In this document: one piece after another, positions 20,056 to 29,287 of the stretch
Position numbering within the stretch: position 1 is the stretch's first letter
Layout: each line of letters opens with the position of its first letter
Assembly: GCA_965214605.1 (NCBI GenBank)
Contig: OZ243961.1
Coordinates: forward strand, 1,088,001-1,152,000
Direction of reading: 5' to 3'
DNA: 64,000 bases
Origin: an uncultured Candidatus Binatia bacterium
GTDB taxonomy: Bacteria; Desulfobacterota; Binatia; Bin18
Position numbers and translations under genes: made by a program
Notes under the pieces: generated by a model
Database searches by the model: none
What the model saw: the letters and a program-made list of their open reading frames with translations, nothing else
What the model was told of the DNA's origin: nothing

Positions 20056-21924
20056 ATGACACATGACACTATCCTTGGCATTGACCTGGGCACCACCACC
20101 TCCGAGGTTGCGGCCATCGTCGGTGGCGAAGTCCAGGTGTTGGCCGTTGACGGCGAGCGGACGATGCCTTCGGTCGTCGGCCTCACTCCAGACAACCGTA
20201 TCCTGGTTGGCACCCCGGCTCGGAATCAATACCCCTTGTATCCAACCCGCACGGTGAAGTCGATCAAACGCCTGATGGGCTCCTCTCAACAGGTCGTGCT
20301 GGGCCGGCACAGCTATTCCCCACCAGAAATCTCAGCCCTGATCCTACGCAGACTGAAAACACGCGCTGAGACTGTCCTGGGCCGCTCACTCCCCCGAGCG
20401 GTTATCACCGTGCCGGCCTATTTCTCCGACGCCCAACGCCAAGCCACCCGAGACGCCGGCCACATCGCCGGCCTGGAGGTCGTCCGTATTCTCAATGAAC
20501 CGACCGCCGCAGCCCTGGCCTATGGCGCCGACCGGCGGGGAGAGCGCACAGTCCTGATTTATGACCTGGGCGGAGGGACGTTCGATGTGTCCCTGGTCCA
20601 GGTCCGGGACGAGATTACCGAGGTCATCGCCAGTCACGGCAACAACCACCTGGGCGGTGATGATTTCGACCAGCGGTTGTTGGACTGGGTCCATGACCAG
20701 TTTGTCCAGTCGGGCGGCCCAGACATTCGAACCGATCCCATAGCTATGAGCCGTCTATTATGTGCGGTTGAGGAGGCCAAAAAGCGCCTGAGCTTTGAGC
20801 CCTACACCCGTATTCGGGAAGAGCATTTGGCCGAACAAAATGGGGTCCCAGTCCACCTTGATCTGGAAATATCTCGGGCGGACTATGAACTGTTGATCCA
20901 GCATCTGGTGGAAACCACCCTGGACAGCGTGCATCAAGCACTGAACGACGCAGGGAAGCGGCCGGACCAGATTGACGAGGTGCTGCTGGTCGGTGGCGCG
21001 AGTCGTACGCCGCTGGTATCCCAGCTTCTTGAAGACAAGACCGGCTTAGTCCCCCACCAAGACCTCCAGCCCGAGCTGTGTGTCGCCTTTGGGGCCGGGG
21101 TGTTAGCCGCCCGCCAGGCGGGCCACAATATTGATCGGGTTTTGGTCGATATCTCGCCCTACTCTTTTGGTCCGTCGCACCTTGGTTTTCTGAACGGTAG
21201 ACCGTATGAACACTGTTACCACCCGATTATTCGGCGCAACACGCCCCTGCCAGTCAGCCGCACCGACTCCTACCATACGCTGGTTGACGGGCAAGCCGAC
21301 TGGCAGGTATCCGTCTATCAGGGCGACGATCCAGACGCCTTAAACAACATTTTGGTTGGACGCTTCTGCGTGGAAGGACTCTCCCACGTGCCGGCCGGCA
21401 ATGAGATGCTGTGCCGTATGGAACTCGATCTGGATGGAATTCTCAAAGTCACGGCTATTGAGAAGCGCACCGGTTTGGCCCGGCACATTACGATTGAGGG
21501 AGCTACTACTGCCATGTCAGCCGAGGATCTGGCCCAAGCCCGTCAGCGTACGCACGACTTATTGGCCCAGGACTGCACAGACACGGCCGAAGCGTTTGAG
21601 CAGGAGGAGATACATTCCGGCCGGACCGAACTGACGACATACGAGAACGCTGATGGCCACCAGAGCCGGATGAAACCAGCGTTGACGTTTGTGGAAACCA
21701 CCCAGGACCGCGAAAGCCAAGAGCTGCGCCAACACGTGTTTGCCGCCGGCCGCCTGTTAGAGCGAAGCCGTCGCCTGCTGAAAAAAATGACGCCTGAAGA
21801 CCAACAAGAGGCGCTCGAGCTGCACCAACAAATCGAGGAGGCGCTGCGGATACAGAATTGGGACTATCTCCACACGGCAATTACCGAGCTGACCGATCTG
21901 CTGTTTTATGTCGAAGAAGCCTAG
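20056..21924 (+). CDS. accessory Hsp70 (DnaK/HscC-like) chaperone
   Basis: GIDLGTT, ITVPAYF, NEPTAAA, YDLGGGTFD, LGGDDFD, LVGGASR. Confidence 0.93.
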   Translation: MTHDTILGIDLGTTTSEVAAIVGGEVQVLAVDGERTMPSVVGLTPDNRILVGTPARNQYPLYPTRTVKSIKRLMGSSQQVVLGRHSYSPPEISALILRRLKTRAETVLGRSLPRAVITVPAYFSDAQRQATRDAGHIAGLEVVRILNEPTAAALAYGADRRGERTVLIYDLGGGTFDVSLVQVRDEITEVIASHGNNHLGGDDFDQRLLDWVHDQFVQSGGPDIRTDPIAMSRLLCAVEEAKKRLSFEPYTRIREEHLAEQNGVPVHLDLEISRADYELLIQHLVETTLDSVHQALNDAGKRPDQIDEVLLVGGASRTPLVSQLLEDKTGLVPHQDLQPELCVAFGAGVLAARQAGHNIDRVLVDISPYSFGPSHLGFLNGRPYEHCYHPIIRRNTPLPVSRTDSYHTLVDGQADWQVSVYQGDDPDALNNILVGRFCVEGLSHVPAGNEMLCRMELDLDGILKVTAIEKRTGLARHITIEGATTAMSAEDLAQARQRTHDLLAQDCTDTAEAFEQEEIHSGRTELTTYENADGHQSRMKPALTFVETTQDRESQELRQHVFAAGRLLERSRRLLKKMTPEDQQEALELHQQIEEALRIQNWDYLHTAITELTDLLFYVEEA

Positions 21925-21942
21925 CCACGGAGACTCTCCAGC

Positions 21943-22311
21943 GTGTCTGACAGCACTCCTTCTTCCTCCGGCACTCCTCGTTCATCACTGCAAGAGGCAC
22001 ATTGTCCAACCTGCCGGGCAGCTTGGCGTGGGGCGGCTGTCTGCGCCCGATGTGGGACCGACCTAGACCCGCTCATGCGTCTGGCAACAAAAGCCTGGCA
22101 GCTACGTGAGCGGTCCCGTCAAGCCCTAGGTGCAGAGGACCGCGCTGCCGAAGCCCTGGCCTGGGCCGAGGTTGCCTGTCAGCTCCAGGCAACGACACGC
22201 GGCCTGCGCTTACTAGCCTTGGCCTTGCTTGCCAACGGTGCCGTGGCAGAGGCAGTGGCGATGATTGAGCAAATCTCCAAGGGGGAGGAGGCTCGCTGTA
22301 CCCGCGTATGA
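21943..22311 (+). CDS. zinc-ribbon plus helical (TPR-like) small protein
   Basis: CPTC...CARCGTDL followed by TPR-like helices. Confidence 0.7.
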   Translation: MSDSTPSSSGTPRSSLQEAHCPTCRAAWRGAAVCARCGTDLDPLMRLATKAWQLRERSRQALGAEDRAAEALAWAEVACQLQATTRGLRLLALALLANGAVAEAVAMIEQISKGEEARCTRV

Positions 22312-22965
22312 CACGTCGGCGACATGCCCACGCCTGTCTGCCGGAGACAGGATAAACATCCAGCGCGCTTGCCTGTCTTGGAATGATATCTGCGTTCGCG
22401 CCGCCGTATTTGCCAACGAGGGCCAGACGCAGAGCTTCTCTAACGCCCCCTTCCATGTCTGCAGCGTCCAGTGCCGCTCGGCGGGCCCACTACGGGACAC
22501 GTGTCACCAAGCTCGACAACAACCGCGGCGATACCGCCTGTGCCTCGTGCTGACGCAGACGTTTTACCACTCTGGCGAGTCCGATTTGGCAGTCCTTGAA
22601 CCTGCAGGAGCGCGGTCTGCAGAGTGGAGGGCTGGTATGCGCACGCGCCTTGACGTTGAAGTCATTGAGGTCGCGACGGCCCCAGATGCCCCAGGCCGCG
22701 AAGATCAAGCTGAGGGGCTCATTCGATAGCGGTCTCTGCCTAGTCGTGTGCCGAGAAGAGGGGTCGACATGCGTGACGAACACGGGAGCTCTGCAAACGT
22801 CCGGCGTTGAGACGCGTTTCGGACTCAGCCTCATGGTGGATTGGTCACAGCCGGCGTCCTAATGAGGCGACGGGCCGTATCAGTCGCGCGCTGGACGCAG
22901 ATTTCGAACCCGCTGTCCATCAAGACCGGGCTTAACTGCGTCTTGGACGAGATGGGCAAACAGCC

Positions 22966-24180
22966 CTAATCCTTGAACTCAGGTAAAATCTCGCTGCCGA
23001 AAAGTTCGAGCTGGCGCTTGGCCTCGTCCCAGGGCATCAGGCCCTGGTCGAAAAACCAGCCGAACCATTCTATACTGCTGTTCTTGTGCAAGGCTTCGAG
23101 TTCACGTTTGACATCGTCCACTGTGCCGACCAGGGCGTACTTGGACTCGACCATGCGCTCGAAGGTATTTGGAACCGGGGTGGTTTCACCTGGAAAGCGA
23201 TACGCCTCAAAAAAGCCAAATCCGGAGAAATACTCGATAAAGCCGGCGCCCTGACACGTTGCGCCTAAAGAGTAGGCCTGGGGGTAGGAATCGCCGAGGT
23301 GAACTGACCGAAAGGCGCCCACACTCTGGCCAAGCGTGAGGTGACGGCCAACCTTGGCTGCTTCGTCACGGTAGGCTTCGCACAGCTCACGGAACGACGG
23401 TGGATGGGCAGTCAGAATCCAGGGCACGATATTCTCGGCCGCACACCAACGGATCGTTTTTTCACTGACCGAGAACGGTTGCCAGATCGGCGGATGGGGC
23501 TGGGTATAGGGTTTGGGCACGACACAGATGCGCTGGACTACCCCGTTCTCGTCTACCTCGCCCTTGGCCCCGTATTTGGCGGTCCAATTTTTGGCTACCG
23601 GCCAGCGCTGAATCCCATGTTCGTAGGGAGTTGGAACCTCATAGTACTTTGTTTTGAAACGAATTGACTCTTGGGTCCAGGCCATCTTCATGATCTTGAA
23701 GACCTCTTCAAAAACCGCCCGGTTGTGGATGTCCACCTCTGAGCCGTCCATTGGTGCACCGGTCACATGATAATGCTGGCCAAGCACGTTCGTCCAGCGA
23801 TCTTGATAGCCCCGGGCAAATCCAGCCACAAAACGGCCCTTGGTCAGGTGATCCAGCACCGCGATCTCTTCCGCCACCCGAATCGGGTCCCAGGTCGGCA
23901 GGACCAGTCCCAGCGAGGCAAACTTAATCCGCTCGGTACGGGCGGCCAGATCGGTATACAGTAATAGCGGCGCAATGGAGGCTTCATAGCCTTCTGAGTG
24001 AAAATGATGCTCGGTGGTCGACAACGCATCAAAGCCCAGGTCTTCAGCCATGTGGGCGATATCCCGCACCTCTTTTAGGAGGTCCTGATACTTCTCATTA
24101 TCCCGGCCGATCGGCCGCAGCTTTTCACGCTCTTCAAATGTGGCTGGGATAGTCGGCAGCAAGAATAGATTAAATTTCAT
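22966..24180 (-). CDS. LLM-class flavin-dependent oxidoreductase
   Basis: TEHHFH, DPIRVAEEIAVLDHLTKGR, PKPYTQPHPP; GGAGG RBS before MKFNLF. Confidence 0.92.
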   Translation of the reverse strand: MKFNLFLLPTIPATFEEREKLRPIGRDNEKYQDLLKEVRDIAHMAEDLGFDALSTTEHHFHSEGYEASIAPLLLYTDLAARTERIKFASLGLVLPTWDPIRVAEEIAVLDHLTKGRFVAGFARGYQDRWTNVLGQHYHVTGAPMDGSEVDIHNRAVFEEVFKIMKMAWTQESIRFKTKYYEVPTPYEHGIQRWPVAKNWTAKYGAKGEVDENGVVQRICVVPKPYTQPHPPIWQPFSVSEKTIRWCAAENIVPWILTAHPPSFRELCEAYRDEAAKVGRHLTLGQSVGAFRSVHLGDSYPQAYSLGATCQGAGFIEYFSGFGFFEAYRFPGETTPVPNTFERMVESKYALVGTVDDVKRELEALHKNSSIEWFGWFFDQGLMPWDEAKRQLELFGSEILPEFKD

Positions 24181-24352
24181 ACGCGATCCTCCTGTGAGCC
24201 AAATGGTTAGGCCACCCTCTTTGGCTAGCATATGCACGCCGTTCCGTCATTAGGGGCGGTAGCGTCCAATCCGTCGCGCCCCTCTCCCGCATTGTTCTTC
24301 CCGTCCGGACAGGCTATAAGTCGGGGGGCGCGTCACAAACGGAGGGAATATA

Positions 24353-25506
24353 ATGGCGGATCAGCTACAACATGATTTGCTGCCACGGGCGAGCCACGAT
24401 GAGCTCGCACGACAAAACTTTGTGCAAAGTCTGAAATTACACCTGGCAACAAAAATCGCCCCGGGCAATGAGCTTGTTTATGAAAAGCGGGCCAAACCCC
24501 GCTTTCAACAACAGACAGGACGTCCGCCCAAAGACCGCCACGAAGTTCGCCGGAGCATGCGAGACGAGCCGTATTATCAGGCCTGGGGCTCACTGCAACG
24601 GACCAGTCAGGAGATGATGTGGGAGGCGGTCGACTCAAGCGTTGCGCGCCAGCTGCCTGAGCTTGTTGTGCGTGCCAGTCACAACGCCAAGCCCCTGGGC
24701 TCCTTACGTCTCGATCCGGATCTTGCCATCCCAACCTATCACACGGCAGTCGATATTCACTGCCAACCCGGCGGCTATCATACTGAGTGCGGTCCGCAGG
24801 ATGATGTGGCGGCTGGAGCGCTCTACGATCGCGCCGTCCATATCTACGCCATGAGCCGTCTGGGGACATTGAATGACGAGATGGGACAGTCGGTCGTGGT
24901 GTATTTGCAGCACCGCTATCCGGATTGCCGACCCACCCGAATCCTTGACATGGGCTGCACGGTTGGCCACAGCACGCTCCCCTATGTCGATGCCTATCCA
25001 GCGGCCCAGGTTTTTGCCATTGACGTGGGCGCGCCGGTGCTCCGCTACGCTCATGCCCGGGCTGAAGCGCTGGGCAAATGTGTTCATTTTTCGCAGCAAA
25101 ACGCTGAACGGACCACGTTTGCCGAAGCATCGTTTGACCTCATTGTGTCGCATATTTTGCTACACGAAACGTCGAGCAAGGCGCTCCGTAACATCGTTCG
25201 AGAAAGCTATAGGCTGCTCACTCCGGGCGGTCTGATGATCCACCAGGAGGTCTCCCAGTATCACGGCTTAGACCCCTACCAAGCCTTCATCCTTGATTGG
25301 GACACGTACAACAATAACGACCGTTCTGGGGGACTCTGCGTGACACAGATCTGACCGCGATTGCTGTTGAAGCCGGCTTTGCCAAAGAGCAGGTCGTTGA
25401 GACGATGATTCCGAGCGCCTTCCAGGTCAAAGGGCGCGCCCGACGTCTCCAGGCCGGCGACTTTGGCGGCAGCGGACAATGGTTCATCTTTGCTGCTACC
25501 AAATAG
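24353..25506 (+). pseudogene. class I SAM-dependent methyltransferase with a 1-nt frameshift near 25320
   Basis: RILDMGCTVG and FDLIVSHILLHE. NNN-GA|CCG-TTC-TGG continues in a shifted frame as PFWGTLRDTDL...FAATK* to 25506. Confidence 0.8.
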
Positions 25507-25530
25507 TACCAGGCTGCGGGGAAAAGAACG

Positions 25531-25863
25531 ATGACACGGACAGCCAAGGGCCAGCGTCCAGCCTTTTTTGACGACCCGCAGATTGACAAGCTGTTAGCGA
25601 TAATCATGGCTCTGGCCGGAGAAGTGAGCGTACTGCGGGAGCGGCTCGATACGGTCGAAAGACTGCTCGAGGCCGAAGGCCTCGTATCTCGTCGCAATAT
25701 TGAAACCTACCGAGCGGACGCCGCCGCGGCTGTGGAACGAGAACGCTGGCGGGGAGAATATCTGGAGCGGATTCTGCGGGTTCTCCACCAAGAGCGGGAG
25801 ACGATAGCAGACAGCAAAACGCTCCCATCCCACGAACGGGCGGTTCGCACCGGAACTTTGTAA
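25531..25863 (+). CDS. small conserved hypothetical coiled-coil protein (methyltransferase partner)
   Basis: RPAFFDDPQIDKLLAIIMALAGEVSVLRERLDT; 24 bp after the methyltransferase. Confidence 0.75.
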   Translation: MTRTAKGQRPAFFDDPQIDKLLAIIMALAGEVSVLRERLDTVERLLEAEGLVSRRNIETYRADAAAAVERERWRGEYLERILRVLHQERETIADSKTLPSHERAVRTGTL

Positions 25864-26199
25864 GAGCCAAGAGCGCAGTTTTGGCCTTTAACTTTCAGGA
25901 TTTTCCCAATGTCTTTGATTCTCGGTGTTGACCTTGTCGGCACGTCGGCACATACACAAAGGCCATTTTTCGGCATCTCGCCCATCCTGACAGAAGGATG
26001 TCATCGACCGACATCAGCATCCAGAATCGAGGTAATGCGCTATTTTTCCTTGATTTTCGAATAGCGACGAGGCGTGCATTGTCGTCTCCGATGCGCTTCA
26101 ACGCGCCTGAGTTTCAGTCCGGTCGCTTGCGGTATGCTACGGTTCCATCCCCACCTGAAACAGGAACATTTACAGTTGACCAGGCACGGCGTCAGGCGG

Positions 26200-26385
26200 C
26201 GCTCGCCATCGCCCGCATCAAGTACGTCGCGGAGCACCTGCCCAACGTCGGGGTAACCTTCGACAAGTTTCCTGTCGTCGCCCACGCATCGGGGCGCTCG
26301 ACAAAACACAGCGCATCGGGCAGCGCCTCAACCCGAACTCAAGGACATGCGGTGGACCCTGCTGGGGATCCCGGAAGCCTCGGTT
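26200..26385 (+). mobile_element. ISL3-family transposase remnant
   Basis: IKYVAEHLPNVGVTFDKFPVVAHAS, then frameshifted ALDKTQRI...LKDMRWTLL; resembles ISL3 'PNA.ITFDKFHV..A.D..R...RW.LL'. Confidence 0.65.
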
Positions 26386-26525
26386 CCGAACACAGTATTG
26401 CCTTCTGCAACCTTATCGACTATAGTAGCCGGCGACCCAGCGAACCTACGTTACCAACCCGCCATTCTTCGGGCAGCCAAGTTTCTGTGGCGGCAAGAAT
26501 ATCGTCGAGCGAGGGCGGCACACCC

Positions 26526-27074
26526 ATGCGAATACGCCACTACTCCATAACGAAACGCCTCGTCTTCGTTGGGCCGTTTCTGTATGTGCTCGTGCTGGCG
26601 ACGGCATCCCTCACGGGGCGGGGAGAAATCTACCCCTTCTTTGCCTGGGACTTGTTCGCGGGGGTGCCGGCGGGGTGGGTCATCCAGACGCCCGCCGTGG
26701 TGGCGCATCCGATGGACGACTCCCGAAATTTAGGGGGGGGGGGGGGACGCTGGGTCATTCCGTCCCCCGACCCCCGGCATTTGAAGGTGCTGCGCGAGGT
26801 CCTGCACGCGTGTGAGCGCCGCGCGGCCCCCGCGTGCCGGTCCGCCGTGGCCCGCCTGCTGCTCCCCCTCGTCGTTGACGGCGTGGGGAGCGGCGCCGTG
26901 GAGTTCAGTCTCGTCTGGGCGGCCGTCGATCTGCGCGCCCTCCGGGAGGACATCTGGGCGCTCGCCGCCGGCCGCACGCAGCGCATGGACTATGCCCGGG
27001 TCGCTACGGTGCTCTCGCGGTGGCGCGCGGCCGCGGCCGGCGGCCTGCACCGGGTTGATGGGGGCACCCCGTGA
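26526..27074 (+). CDS. membrane-anchored hypothetical protein (partner of HTTM-like protein)
   Basis: N-terminal TM followed by EIYPFFAWDLF; GTGA overlap with the next gene; contains an in-frame G14 tract. Confidence 0.65.
   Translation: MRIRHYSITKRLVFVGPFLYVLVLATASLTGRGEIYPFFAWDLFAGVPAGWVIQTPAVVAHPMDDSRNLGGGGGRWVIPSPDPRHLKVLREVLHACERRAAPACRSAVARLLLPLVVDGVGSGAVEFSLVWAAVDLRALREDIWALAAGRTQRMDYARVATVLSRWRAAAAGGLHRVDGGTP
26733..26746 (+). repeat. G14 homopolymer tract
   Basis: tta ggg ggg ggg ggg gga read directly from the sequence. Confidence 0.9.
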
Positions 27075-28423
27075 ACGCTGCGCGGCTGCAGGGCCGGCTC
27101 CGCAAGACCCTCCTCCACGTGGAGACGGGGGAGCGGCGGCGCGCGGCCGACTTCTCGCGGGCCGCGCGCCACATCGCCGTGCTGGTCCGGTTCTATTACA
27201 TCTTCGTCGCGTACCTCCTCTTCGGCCGGTTCAAGGTTGCGAATTTGCTCCACGGCATTCCCCCGCCCGCGCCGTTGTGGCCCCTGGACCTGATGGCGAC
27301 AGTCGCGGGCTCCGCGTGGCTCGCGTGGGGCGAGCTCCTCACGGCGGCGGGCGTGGGGGTGGCGCTGCTGGCGGCGCTGTGTCCGGGCGTGCTGCTCTTC
27401 CGGCTTGGGGTCTTCGTCTATCTCTTCATCGGCATCGCGCTGGCCAACTCCTATGGCGCCATCAGCCATGGGCGCCATCTCTTCCTCTATGTCTCCTTCG
27501 GGTTGTTGTGGCTGCCGGCGGCCATCGGCCGCCCGGAGCGCATGGCGCGCCGGGAGGCGATGGCGTGCAACGCGGCCTTCTGGCTGACACAGGCACTGCT
27601 GCTGCTGCCCTACAGCCTCAGCGGCTTCTGGACACTCTGGCGCAGCAACCTCCAGTTGGTGTCCCTCGACTCCTTCGTCCGGCTGGTCCTCGCCGGCCTG
27701 CTCGAACAGGCCGGCGGGCCCCTCCCGCCGCTGGTCCCGTGGCTCGCCCAGTACCCCTCGGTCGGCCAGGGCTTGTATCTGGCGTTTTGCTATGTGGAAG
27801 GGCTGCTGCTCGTCAGTCTGTTCCGCCCCCACTTGCAGCGAGGGTTCGGCCTGGTCGTCATCGGGTTCCATCTCGGGACGCGGTGGCTGCTCGGCTTTGC
27901 CGCCGCTCCCTACCTCGTGCTCTGGTTCCTCTTCCTGGTGGCTTCGCCGTTCGCCGCGGCCCGGTTCTCCCCGGTCGCCACGGCGCGCTCGCTGCCGCTC
28001 CTCGGCCTCCCCTTCCGCGCGTGGGCGCGCTGGAGGCGCCCGGAGAAAGGGGCGGAGAAGGCGTGGCTGGTGTATGATGGCGAGTGCCCGTTCTGTTCGC
28101 GTTACTCACGCATGGTCGATGTGAGAGATGCCATCGGCGAACTCATACTCGTGAACGCCCGCGATGGGGGGCCGATCGTGGACGAGATCAAGGCCCTGCC
28201 TTGGGATCTCAACAGGGGCATGGTACTGAAACTGAACGGACGATACCGGTTTGGCGACGAGGCCCTGCACACCTTGGCGCTCCTGTCGCGGAAGAATGGC
28301 GCATTCGGCATCCTGAACCGTCTCGTGCTCGGTTCGCGCGCGGTCGCATGGTTCGCATACCCGCTGTTGAAGCTCTGCAGGAGGCTGGCGCTGATGGCGA
28401 AAAGGGTTCCGGTCCTGAAGTAG
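27071..28423 (+). CDS. HTTM-like polytopic membrane protein fused to a C-terminal DCC1/DUF393 thiol-disulfide oxidoreductase domain
   Basis: Multiple TM helices with NSYGAISH and FH motifs; C-terminal LVYDGECPFCSRY...G.EAL..L..Y..L. Confidence 0.75.
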   Translation: MNAARLQGRLRKTLLHVETGERRRAADFSRAARHIAVLVRFYYIFVAYLLFGRFKVANLLHGIPPPAPLWPLDLMATVAGSAWLAWGELLTAAGVGVALLAALCPGVLLFRLGVFVYLFIGIALANSYGAISHGRHLFLYVSFGLLWLPAAIGRPERMARREAMACNAAFWLTQALLLLPYSLSGFWTLWRSNLQLVSLDSFVRLVLAGLLEQAGGPLPPLVPWLAQYPSVGQGLYLAFCYVEGLLLVSLFRPHLQRGFGLVVIGFHLGTRWLLGFAAAPYLVLWFLFLVASPFAAARFSPVATARSLPLLGLPFRAWARWRRPEKGAEKAWLVYDGECPFCSRYSRMVDVRDAIGELILVNARDGGPIVDEIKALPWDLNRGMVLKLNGRYRFGDEALHTLALLSRKNGAFGILNRLVLGSRAVAWFAYPLLKLCRRLALMAKRVPVLK

Positions 28424-28819
28424 GAAACTCTTCGTAACGTTCACCTTCGCGACGGGGATCACCGACGCTACTGCTTGATGACGAAACCTTCATCAAGCGG
28501 GGAGATGCAGCGAATGCTGGCGGAGGGCATTGCGTCCGAGGACCGGCGGATTGTCGATCTGACGGTGCTGGATCTAAACGTTCAGTCGCCGCAGCACGGT
28601 CCCGACCTTCGGTGGGTGCAGGCTCACCCGTGGAGCTCAACCCGCCCCATCGCCGAGGTCCGTGCCCTACAGCGAGTATTGATTTCATGTCACGCCCAGG
28701 TCCGATTTCGCCCGGAGGACGTTTGGGAATAACCTCGGGGCGGAATGAATGGTTGGTGAAAGCCATGGAGAATTATATTGAGATTGCGCCTTAGGTTCAC
28801 GGTCGGTCCCCGTTGATGG

Positions 28820-29150
28820 CCGTGGGCCGTCACAAGCGGGAAGAGGCGCAGGAATGGTTGGCGGCGTGTTTCCGGTGTCCGGCGTATTCGCTAGGCTGGC
28901 GTCGGTCGGGGCGGGTCTGCAACCGTTCCGGATGATCGATGGGAGGGGGCAAAAGGACCTGACGCCGCCCTCAACCGGCGTCAAGCCGGTGAAAGAATCG
29001 TCATCGAGAACCGCCGTGCGCTCGACGACAACGCATGGCGGCGAGCGTTACCAGCCTCTTGCGGGACCTCAATTCGATTGTGTATGATGACACCGACACG
29101 GTCACCCGTACGGCCCGACCGAACAGTCACCAGAATCGTAACTGTTCGGT
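28820..29150 (+). mobile_element. possible IS1634-family transposase C-terminal remnant (heavily degraded)
   Basis: Frameshifted pieces RHKREE..CF..AYSLGW and SVTSLLRDLNSIV...TARPNSHQ resemble IS1634 C-termini. Confidence 0.35.
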
Positions 29151-29287
29151 GACCTGTATGTGGAGAACGCAGACATGCACAGTTACGATGTTGATCGAAT
29201 CCGCTTGCGGAATGCTTACGCTAACGGAAGTTTGCAAATGTTACTAGAATTTTTGTTCTTTTAAAAGAATAATGAAAACAATCTGTT

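Noticed and set aside
22895-22920. TTCGAA T-loop-like motif suggesting a tRNA fragment or att site
   Set aside because: Weak stem and no D-arm, anticodon arm or acceptor stem.
25998-26525. N-terminal 176 aa of the 358-aa ORF
   Set aside because: Open frame running through IS debris; the real gene probably starts at ATG 26526.
26812-28077. 421-aa plus-strand and 293-aa minus-strand alternative ORFs
   Set aside because: Arg/Gly/Pro-rich artefacts of very high GC overlapping the HTTM-like gene.
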